Assembly: GCA_002938045.1 (NCBI GenBank)
Contig: PTLJ01000001.1
Span: 1-40,326, forward strand
Origin: Alphaproteobacteria bacterium MarineAlpha3_Bin4
Lineage (GTDB): Bacteria > Pseudomonadota > Alphaproteobacteria > Rhodospirillales > Casp-alpha2
DNA: 40,326 nt
Direction of reading: 5' to 3'
In this document: positions 1 to 7,089 of the stretch, in pieces
How positions within the stretch are numbered: the stretch's first letter is position 1
Layout: each line of letters opens with the position of its first letter
Translations under genes and position numbers: made by a program
Notes under the pieces: model-generated
What the model was told of the DNA's origin: nothing
Seen by the model: only the letters and a program-made list of their open reading frames with translations
The model's database searches: none

Positions 1-254
1 CGAAAGTTCGTGACGCCTTTACCGACGGCGGCAACGCGACCGGCCACTTCATGGCCGAACGGCGTCGGCACTTGGAGCATCCTTGGATGGCCGCCACGCC
101 GGAAGACCTTGACATCGGTACCACAAGTGGTCGCGGCCTCAATCTCCAAAAGAAGTTCGCCAGGACCCGGCCTTTCGACGGATAACTCTCGGATTTCTAA
201 CCGCTCTGGTCCCGTCAAAATCGCTCCCAACATAGTAGTTTGTAGGTCCATCAT
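1..254 (-). CDS. Zn-dependent medium-chain (MDR) alcohol dehydrogenase family protein, N-terminal part (partial, runs off the window start)
   Basis: Not in the ORF track. Manual reverse-complement translation from ATG 254 (or ATG 251) gives MMDLQTTMLGAILTGPERLEIRELSVERPGPGELLLEIEAATTCGTDVKVFRRGGHPRMLQVPTPFGHEVAGRVAAVGKGVTNF. It has the CGTD catalytic-Zn Cys and GHE motifs. A GAGGAGAG Shine-Dalgarno lies directly upstream. The start overlaps the stop (TGA 253-251) of the upstream gene. Confidence 0.6.
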   Translation of the reverse strand, partial: MMDLQTTMLGAILTGPERLEIRELSVERPGPGELLLEIEAATTCGTDVKVFRRGGHPRMLQVPTPFGHEVAGRVAAVGKGVTNF

Positions 255-1333
255 CTCTCCTCGAACAATGCAAGGGATGGTGTGAACAGGACCTTCAAGG
301 CTTCGTGGTTTTTGACCAAGGAGACGCCTTTGTCGAAGTCGTTCAAAGGCATTTTATGCGTGATTAGTGGTGTCGGGTCCAGGGTTCCGTCCTTAAGCAG
401 TTTGAAGACCTCCGCTTGTTCCGTGAGTGCACCTGAATAGGTGCCGAGAATACGCCGCTCATATTTGAACAATTCGTTAAGTTCGAAACGGGCCTGTTCG
501 CCCTCTTTTGCATGAGCAAAAAGCACCACGGAACCGCCTTGACGACTGAGCCTTAGCGCAGAACCCAACACACTAGCGCCTCCCACCGTATCAAACACTA
601 CATCGGCGCCAAAGCCGTCGGTGAGCGTGCTGACTGCTTCCAACGCGTCGGCTTCGGAGGCTGCCGTTTTAGCAGCGCCCAGTTTTGCAGCTTGGTCACG
701 ACGTTTCCTCACCGGATCTACCACGACCACCGAGATTCTGGGAAGTGTTGCACGCAGGACTAGAAGGTGGAGTAAACCCATACTGCCAGCGCCAAGAACG
801 ATAGCCGCGTCCTTGTTGGTCAACTCAGATCGACGAATGCCGCGTAGTACGCAGGCCGCCGGCTCCATGAACACGGCTGCGTCGTCGCTGACGCCTTTCG
901 GAACGACGCGAGCCGCAAGTTCAGTGGCCCTTGGCCGCATCAGAATATTGTCAGCGAACCCGCCTGGTTCCATCAGGTTTTCTTGGAAAGTCTCGCACAT
1001 AGTTTCGTAACCGCGTTGGCAAAGCACGCATTTGCCACAGGGAACATGATGCGGAACCGCAACCCGATCACCTACATGAAACTTGCTGACGCCATCGCCG
1101 AGCTTGATGACCTCGCCGACGACCTCATGGCCAAGTACTGTGCCTGCCGCCGCCGTACCCGTCGTCAGTTTGAAAAGGTCAGTGCCACAAAAACCCACAA
1201 CGCGGAGCCGTAGCAACATCTCTCCGGCACTGGGTTCCGGCACAGGCCGGCACTCCAAGCAGGTGCTTCCACCCCCCTTGCATGTAACTACCGTGTGGCT
1301 GCTGGCCGAATTATAATTGTCTTTTATCGGCAT
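251..1333 (-). CDS. Zn-dependent medium-chain (MDR) alcohol/polyol dehydrogenase family protein
   Basis: 360-aa ORF. Motifs: CGTD, GHEVVGEV, the structural-Zn Cys cluster CGKCVLCQRGYETMC, and the Rossmann motif GAGSMG. Confidence 0.88.
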   Translation of the reverse strand: MPIKDNYNSASSHTVVTCKGGGSTCLECRPVPEPSAGEMLLRLRVVGFCGTDLFKLTTGTAAAGTVLGHEVVGEVIKLGDGVSKFHVGDRVAVPHHVPCGKCVLCQRGYETMCETFQENLMEPGGFADNILMRPRATELAARVVPKGVSDDAAVFMEPAACVLRGIRRSELTNKDAAIVLGAGSMGLLHLLVLRATLPRISVVVVDPVRKRRDQAAKLGAAKTAASEADALEAVSTLTDGFGADVVFDTVGGASVLGSALRLSRQGGSVVLFAHAKEGEQARFELNELFKYERRILGTYSGALTEQAEVFKLLKDGTLDPTPLITHKMPLNDFDKGVSLVKNHEALKVLFTPSLALFEER

Positions 1334-1569
1334 TTTCCCAAACCCTACCCAATATTACGGATGTTGTGAGCCTAATTCGCTGGGTGTTTTTTGCGGGGAA
1401 ATTCCTATGCATTATCCGGTCGGGTTCGGATGATCCTGTATAGAAAGTTACTTGGGTAAATGTGATCTGACTGCGGGTACCACGAGTTTAATCTTCCCTT
1501 CAGCCAGAATTTAATAGGCAGTGTCTCTGATTTCTAAAAAATTTTGCAAAGATTTCAGTAAAGTATCCG

Positions 1570-2457
1570 TTATGAACTGCGATTGACAATAAAATGCGCG
1601 AGATTACGTAATGGTTCTGCCTTATCCCCAAACACGTCCAGGTGCTCAATCGCTTGTTCACTCAACATTGTCGCTTGTTCACGGGCCCGCTCAACGCCAA
1701 GAAAGGAGACAAAAGTCGCTTTGCCTGCCTCAGCGTCTTTGCCAGTTTTCTTTCCAACTTGCTCTTCTTTCCCCTCAACATCGAGTAGGTCGTCAGCAAT
1801 TTGGAAGGCTAGGCCAATATCATAGGCGTAATGTTGGAGGTTATGGCGCTCGTCAGCCGACGCCTTTCCAAGGATAGCGCCGGCCTCGCAGGAGATGACG
1901 ATCAGCTCTCCGGTCTTCATGCGCTGCAGTCGGGTGATCTCCGGCACGTCTAGCTCCATACCCTCGGCTACCAGATCCAGCATCTGCCCACCGACCATGC
2001 CGGCATCGCCGGCGGCGCGGGCCAATGCTAGTACCAAGTCGGCACGGACCTGTGGATCAGCATGAGTATCCTGGGCCGCAAGCACTTCGAACGCCTTCGT
2101 TAATAACGCATCGCCTGCGAGGATCGCAGTCGCTTCATCGAATTTGATATGACAAGTTGGCAGGCCACGGCGCAGGTCGTCGTCGTCCATCGCCGGCAGA
2201 TCGTCGTGAACCAGCGAATAACAGTGTACCATTTCGATTGCCGCCGCAGCCCTGAGGCCCGACCGTTGGGCTACATTGAACAGAGCCGCGCTTGCGGTGA
2301 CAAGGAACGGACGGACGCGCTTACCGTCGCCGAGCGTTGTATAGCGCATTGCGTCGATCAGCCGGTGTTCGGGAGCGTCACCGCTAATCAGCAATTCGTT
2401 GAGAACTTCGCCTACCGCCTGGGCATTGGCGGAGAGCGATTGCATGAAGTCCGTCAA
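1570..2457 (-). CDS. ispA: Short-chain trans-prenyl diphosphate synthase (farnesyl/geranylgeranyl diphosphate synthase)
   Basis: 295 aa. Carries the first and second Asp-rich motifs, DDLPAMDDDDLRRG and DDLLD. It starts 4 nt downstream of xseB, the classic xseB-ispA arrangement. Confidence 0.9.
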   Translation of the reverse strand: MTDFMQSLSANAQAVGEVLNELLISGDAPEHRLIDAMRYTTLGDGKRVRPFLVTASAALFNVAQRSGLRAAAAIEMVHCYSLVHDDLPAMDDDDLRRGLPTCHIKFDEATAILAGDALLTKAFEVLAAQDTHADPQVRADLVLALARAAGDAGMVGGQMLDLVAEGMELDVPEITRLQRMKTGELIVISCEAGAILGKASADERHNLQHYAYDIGLAFQIADDLLDVEGKEEQVGKKTGKDAEAGKATFVSFLGVERAREQATMLSEQAIEHLDVFGDKAEPLRNLAHFIVNRSS

Positions 2458-2461
2458 TAAA

Positions 2462-2713
2462 TCAATCCAAATCAGCGGGTTCGGAACTCACCTCGCCGTC
2501 TGGGCCGAGAACGATCTTATCAATCTTGGCCTGCGCTTCCTTGAGTTTGGTCTCGCAGTGCTGCTTCAGGGCGGCACCGCGCGAATAAGCGTTAATAGCT
2601 TCATTGAGCTCGCCTTGACCACTTTCCAGTTCGCGGACTATGTCCTCGATTTCGGCAAGCGCTGCCTCGAAACTCATCTTCTTGATGTCGTCGGGCACCT
2701 TGGTTTCGACCAT
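2462..2713 (-). CDS. xseB: Exodeoxyribonuclease VII small subunit
   Basis: 83 aa. The N-terminal SFEAALAEIEDIVRELESG helix is typical of XseB, and the gene lies immediately upstream of ispA. Confidence 0.9.
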   Translation of the reverse strand: MVETKVPDDIKKMSFEAALAEIEDIVRELESGQGELNEAINAYSRGAALKQHCETKLKEAQAKIDKIVLGPDGEVSSEPADLD

Positions 2714-2783
2714 CGAAAACCCTCGCGCATTAAAGGCGGGAGTCTAGCGGCGGGCACCGCTAAGAGCAATCGACTGTTGCCGC

Positions 2784-3719
2784 TCAAGCGGCCATTAATG
2801 CTCGGACGTGTGCTTGGCTGCTGGCCGTCAATGCGCTGAGGTTGTAGCCGCCTTCGAGCAACGAAATAACATGACCGTCGCAGCATTCGTCAGCGGCTTT
2901 CAGTAGTTCCTCCGTTACCCAGCTGTAATCTATCGTCTGCACCTGCAACTGGGCCAAGGGATCGTCGACATGGGCATCAAACCCGGCCGAGATGATCAGC
3001 ACCTCTGGATCGAAACGGCGCAGTTTGGGGAGAATAGAATCGTTATAGGCGGCGCGGAATTCGGCTGAACCCGCGCCGGGCGGCAGCGGCACGTTAACCA
3101 CATTGCCGTCGACACCAGTTTCGTCGCTCGAACCAGTACCCGGATAAGCTGGAAACTGGTGGCTGGAGCCATAGAAGAGCCCAGGGTCCATTTCAAAGCT
3201 GTGTTGGGTTCCATTGCCGTGGTGAACGTCAAAATCGATCACTGCGACCCGCTCCATGCCATATTTTGCGCGCGCGTAGAAGGCCCCGATGGCAGCGGAA
3301 TTAAACAAACAAAAACCCATCGCACGGCTGGATTCGGCGTGATGACCAGGCGGCCGGACAGCGCAGAAGGCATTTTTCGCCTTGCCGTCGACAATTTGAT
3401 CAACGGCGTTGACAATCGCGCCGGCGGCACGTCGCGCCGCTTCACCGGAGGCTGACGACATTGCCGTATCGGGATCCAATCGTACGTGCACTTCTCCTTC
3501 TTGCGGCACGTTATCGAGAATGCGTTCGACGTATTCGGATTGGTGTACGCGCTTGATAGAATCGACGTCGATGATCGGTGCTTCTAGGTGCTCTAGGTGT
3601 TCGAATTCTTCGTTGTCGAGGCCGCTCATGACGGCGCGTAATCGATCCGGGCTTTCCGGATGGAACTCACCGGGATTGTGCTCGATGCAGCTGGCATGGC
3701 TGTAGAGCAACGTAGTCAT
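2784..3719 (-). CDS. Histone deacetylase-family (class II HDAC-like / acetylpolyamine) amidohydrolase
   Basis: 311 aa. Motifs RPPGHHA and DFDVHHGNGTQ, plus GFDAH...D and EGGY near the C-terminus. Its SD (GAGGGAGA) sits directly after the stop of the upstream WD40 gene, with a 14-nt gap. Confidence 0.87.
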   Translation of the reverse strand: MTTLLYSHASCIEHNPGEFHPESPDRLRAVMSGLDNEEFEHLEHLEAPIIDVDSIKRVHQSEYVERILDNVPQEGEVHVRLDPDTAMSSASGEAARRAAGAIVNAVDQIVDGKAKNAFCAVRPPGHHAESSRAMGFCLFNSAAIGAFYARAKYGMERVAVIDFDVHHGNGTQHSFEMDPGLFYGSSHQFPAYPGTGSSDETGVDGNVVNVPLPPGAGSAEFRAAYNDSILPKLRRFDPEVLIISAGFDAHVDDPLAQLQVQTIDYSWVTEELLKAADECCDGHVISLLEGGYNLSALTASSQAHVRALMAA

Positions 3720-3733
3720 GGGGTCTCCCTCAG

Positions 3734-5065
3734 TTAGTTTTGGTCCGTTGCTGTCAACTCTTTCAGGTATTCGATTAGTTGTGACAGCTGTTCCGTGTCG
3801 GGAACGCGTTGTACCGGCATTTTAGTCCCGGGCAGGAACTTGTCGGGTCCCTCGTCGAAAAGTTGGAACAAGGTTTTTGCATTCCAGAGGAAATCGACCT
3901 TGGTCAACGCTGATGAGTAGTTATAGCCCGGAATCGAACCGGCTGGCCGGCCAAACAGTCCCGATAGATGTGGTCCGGATCGCCTAGTGCCGCTGGCGCT
4001 CAACGAATGACAGCGAGCACATTTTTTGAACAACGGCGCACCCGGGTGATTGCTGGTCAGCCACGGTTTGGGCTCGTCCGGGTCGTCGGGCTCGGCGCCG
4101 ATTTGATCGCCGGTTTCCAGGTGCCAGACACGAGCGGTCTCGTCAGAACTCGCCGATACGGCGAAGCGCCCGTCGGGTGAGAAGTCGGCGGCCCACACGA
4201 TAGTGCCATGCGCCTTGATTTGGCGTATCGGCTCACCTTGATCCAGGTTCCATTGGATCAGGTATCCATCTCGACCTGCGGAAAGCGCGGTCTTTCCGTC
4301 AGGTGCGAAGACGGCTGTAAACAGTTGGTTGTCATGGCGCTCATAGGTCTGGATCTCGCCGAAAGTCTCCATGTCCCAAAGCCGCATAGTCTTATCAATG
4401 CTGGCCGACAGCAACCGCTTACCATCGGTCGACGCGTTAAGTTGTGTGATACCCATTCGGTGACCTTCGAGGTTGCCTTTGTAGCGGCCGGTATCGGCGT
4501 TAACAATTCGGATCACTGGGTCGTGGCCGCCGGCGGCTAGCAGCCGAGAGGCGCCGATGAAGGTCAGCGTATTGATCGGCGTTGGCTGGCGAATGGTGCG
4601 GATCAGTCCGCCCGTGGCTAGGTTCCAGATGCAAATGGTCTTGTCCCAACCTCCCGTGGCCGCAATGCGGCCGTCGGCCGCGACTGCCACGGTCATCACT
4701 TTGTGCTTGTGGGCTCTAAGGTGGTGAAGCGGTTTGAGTGAGGTCAAGTCCCACAGGATCGCAGTCATATCGTCGCTGGTTGTCAACGCACGCCGGCCAT
4801 CCGGCAGGAATGCGACACTGGTCACCGGCCCGGCGTGCTCGTCAAGGCGGCCGATCTCCCGTTGCTCCTCAAAGTCCCAGAGAACGGCGGTAAAATCGAA
4901 GCTACCGGTCAGCACTCGTCGCCCATCAGGGGAGAAATCGATTGCTCGAACCATGCCGCCGTGACCCCTGAGGTCGGCCACAACCGGGCCGGGAAGGGCG
5001 GCCAACAGAGCTGAAACGATACCTAGCAGGGCGATGGCCCTAAAAATACTCATGACAGCGGCCAT
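3734..5065 (-). CDS. Periplasmic WD40 (7-repeat beta-propeller) protein fused to a C-terminal class I cytochrome c domain
   Basis: 443 aa. N-terminal signal peptide MAAVMSIFRAIALLGIVSALLAALPGPVVA. Seven ~42-aa repeats end in LWD, IWN, IVN, LWD, QWN or VWH. The C-terminal ~110 aa are cytochrome c2-like: FKKCARCHS (CxxCH at 4007-4021), GPHLSGLFGRPAG, GYNYS, and PGTKMP (Met ligand). Confidence 0.87.
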   Translation of the reverse strand: MAAVMSIFRAIALLGIVSALLAALPGPVVADLRGHGGMVRAIDFSPDGRRVLTGSFDFTAVLWDFEEQREIGRLDEHAGPVTSVAFLPDGRRALTTSDDMTAILWDLTSLKPLHHLRAHKHKVMTVAVAADGRIAATGGWDKTICIWNLATGGLIRTIRQPTPINTLTFIGASRLLAAGGHDPVIRIVNADTGRYKGNLEGHRMGITQLNASTDGKRLLSASIDKTMRLWDMETFGEIQTYERHDNQLFTAVFAPDGKTALSAGRDGYLIQWNLDQGEPIRQIKAHGTIVWAADFSPDGRFAVSASSDETARVWHLETGDQIGAEPDDPDEPKPWLTSNHPGAPLFKKCARCHSLSASGTRRSGPHLSGLFGRPAGSIPGYNYSSALTKVDFLWNAKTLFQLFDEGPDKFLPGTKMPVQRVPDTEQLSQLIEYLKELTATDQN

Positions 5066-5109
5066 TTTGGGCGATTGCTCAGGTCGTTAACAAGTATCAA
5101 TTTATAGCG

Positions 5110-5748
5110 TTATTCGACCAGCGCGTGGGCAGCGAGAAAGACCTCGACGGCATGGTCTACATGGCGCTCAATTTTGTCGGTGCCCGGCTCCTGGGTAATT
5201 GACAAAATACTGCGGATGTATTGATCAGCACGCATTAGGGCGAAGAATAATTCGCCGGAAGCCTTCGGGTCGGGCACCCAAAGCACGCCTTCGCGGTGCT
5301 GCTCGGTCAGATACGCAGCCAGTTGATCCGAGACGGCGCGCGGGCCGGAGCGGTAAAAGGTTTTGGCCAAATCCGGAAAGCGCTCACTTTCGGCGACAAT
5401 TGCCTTAAAAAGCCTAGTGTTGGCTGGATCGAGGATAAGTAAGAGAAAGCGTCGAGCTATGCTCCTCAGGACTTCCCGTGGTTCGTCGCCGCGAAGTTCC
5501 GATTGGGCAACTGGCTCCATCATCTCATCGCACTTCTGACGGACGATGGCCTCGAATAGGGCGTCCTTGCTGCCGAAATGGCTGTAGATGGTCTGTTTCG
5601 AAACGCCGGATTCGGCAGCAATCGTGTCCATGCTCGTGGCAACGAAACCACAGGCCAGGAACACCCGACCCGCGCCTTCGACGATGTTGTCGCGCTTGTT
5701 GACCGACGTCTCGCGGATCTTCATCGGCTCTGCCAACGCTTTCGCCAT
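5110..5748 (-). CDS. TetR/AcrR family transcriptional regulator
   Basis: 212 aa. N-terminal helix-turn-helix region RDNIVEGAGRVFLACGFVATSMDTIAAESGVSKQTIYSHFGSKDALF. Divergent from the MFP/RND genes. Confidence 0.9.
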   Translation of the reverse strand: MAKALAEPMKIRETSVNKRDNIVEGAGRVFLACGFVATSMDTIAAESGVSKQTIYSHFGSKDALFEAIVRQKCDEMMEPVAQSELRGDEPREVLRSIARRFLLLILDPANTRLFKAIVAESERFPDLAKTFYRSGPRAVSDQLAAYLTEQHREGVLWVPDPKASGELFFALMRADQYIRSILSITQEPGTDKIERHVDHAVEVFLAAHALVE

Positions 5749-5820
5749 GTTTCAGAACCTTTTGCGAGTGAAAACGTGCTTAATAATGGAGAAGTTTCAT
5801 TCCATCTTTCCGCTTAATTT

Positions 5821-5851
5821 TAATCTAGACTAGACGGTCCAGTCTAGATTA
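5821..5851. promoter_or_regulatory. Near-perfect 15-1-15 palindrome in the tetR / efflux-pump divergent intergenic region; candidate TetR operator
   Basis: TAATCTAGACTAGAC-G-GTCCAGTCTAGATTA. The outer 11 bp of each arm are perfectly complementary and there is one mismatch in the inner 4 bp. It sits centrally between tetR (start 5748) and the MFP gene (ATG 5914). Confidence 0.5.
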
Positions 5852-5913
5852 TATTTTTAACCGATTGCAAGTTTGGCGTGAAACTGGACTTTTCCCGGGA
5901 AGACACTGGAGCG

Positions 5914-7083
5914 ATGGCGTTAACTAGGGCATCAAAACTTGCTGCCTGCGCTGCAATATTTTTGCTTTGCGTGACAGCTGCGGGGTCGGCGGCAGCTGAC
6001 GAACCTCCAGCCAAAGGTGGTCGACGACCGATGCAGGTCAGCGTCAGCGCCGTTCGCACCGAGGCGCTCAAGCGGACGGTGCCGGTTATCGGCCGTTTCG
6101 TCGCCCAGCAGGCCGGTATTGTAGCGGCGCGGATCGGCGGTCCGGTCGGCGAATTAAAGGTCGAGGTCGGCGATCGCGTGGCGACTGGCGACATCATCGC
6201 GGTTCTGGTTAAAGACCTGCTGCAATGGGACCAGGAACTGCTGAAAGCCGAGGTCCAACAATACGATGCGGCAGTCAAAACCCGGCGCGCCCAGATAAAG
6301 TGGCGCCAGCAAGAGTTGCGCCGGTTGGAGAAGCTTAAACAGTCTGCGGCCTTTTCAAAAGCTAGCCTCGAAGATAAGCGCCAGGAAGTGGCCGTCAGTA
6401 AAAGTCAAGCAGCAGAAGCTGAAGGCCGGCTGGCCCGCGCCCGGGCCAGCCTGAGGCTGACCGAGATTAAGCTTTCCTACGCCACAGTAAAGGCGCCTTA
6501 CTCGGGTGTCGTTACCCAACGTCACACCGAGGTTGGATCGTTCGTTCGCATTGGCGACCCATTGGTGTCTCTGATCGACGACCAGCACCTGGAAATTGAG
6601 GCCGACGTGCCTGCGAACCGTCTCGCTGGGCTCGATCAGGGTCGGGCGCTCCGCGCAGAAATGGATAGCGGCAGTGAACTCACCGCAATCATCCGCGCCG
6701 TCATTCCGGACGAGAACCCACGCACGCGGACGCGACGGGTCCGCTTAGTCACCGAGTTTTCCGGCGAGAAAAGATCGATTGCTGCCAATCAGAGCGTGAC
6801 GGTGCACGTGCCGGCCGGGGAATTCCGAAACGTGCTGACGGTGCATAAGGATGCCGTCATCGAACGCAAGGGCCGGAAACTGGTCTATGTTGCTAAGGCT
6901 GACCGGGCTGAAATCCGGCCAGTCACGCTTGGTGAGGCCGTCGGCAGCCGGTTCGTCGTTCTCCGCGGGCTTAAGGTTGGCGATCTTGTCGTCGTCCGTG
7001 GCAACGAGCGGCTACGGCCCGGCCAACAAATCCTCTACAACGGTCAAGTTGCAAAACCGGCTTCTGCCGGGGGACAGGGCTAG
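5914..7083 (+). CDS. RND efflux pump periplasmic adaptor (membrane fusion protein, HlyD/AcrA family)
   Basis: The track ORF starts at GTG 5878. ATG 5914 has a GGAG SD and yields a lipoprotein/signal-like N-terminus, MALTRASKLAACAAIFLLCVTAAGSAAA. The protein has a coiled-coil hairpin region and beta-barrel domains typical of MFPs. It lies 6 nt upstream of the RND gene. Confidence 0.85.
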   Translation: MALTRASKLAACAAIFLLCVTAAGSAAADEPPAKGGRRPMQVSVSAVRTEALKRTVPVIGRFVAQQAGIVAARIGGPVGELKVEVGDRVATGDIIAVLVKDLLQWDQELLKAEVQQYDAAVKTRRAQIKWRQQELRRLEKLKQSAAFSKASLEDKRQEVAVSKSQAAEAEGRLARARASLRLTEIKLSYATVKAPYSGVVTQRHTEVGSFVRIGDPLVSLIDDQHLEIEADVPANRLAGLDQGRALRAEMDSGSELTAIIRAVIPDENPRTRTRRVRLVTEFSGEKRSIAANQSVTVHVPAGEFRNVLTVHKDAVIERKGRKLVYVAKADRAEIRPVTLGEAVGSRFVVLRGLKVGDLVVVRGNERLRPGQQILYNGQVAKPASAGGQG

Positions 7084-7089
7084 GCGGCG

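Noticed and set aside
10-285. Plus-strand 91-aa ORF at the window start.
   Set aside because: The opposite strand encodes a clear MDR dehydrogenase N-terminus (CGTD and GHE motifs) with an SD and a start overlapping the upstream stop. The plus-strand ORF has no motifs.
1334-1569. Search for a riboswitch, sRNA or tRNA in the longer intergenic gaps (1334-1569, 15615-15882, 17209-17440, 22068-22222, 23368-23554, 34125-34240).
   Set aside because: I recognised no cloverleaf-compatible segments, conserved riboswitch cores or strong GC-stem/T-tract terminators by eye. This is a weak negative. Infernal/Rfam and tRNAscan-SE would settle it.
5844-6278. 144-aa minus-strand ORF spanning the palindrome and the 5' part of the MFP gene.
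   Set aside because: It overlaps the well-supported MFP gene, has a low-complexity composition and no SD. The signal-peptide-bearing plus-strand frame explains the region.
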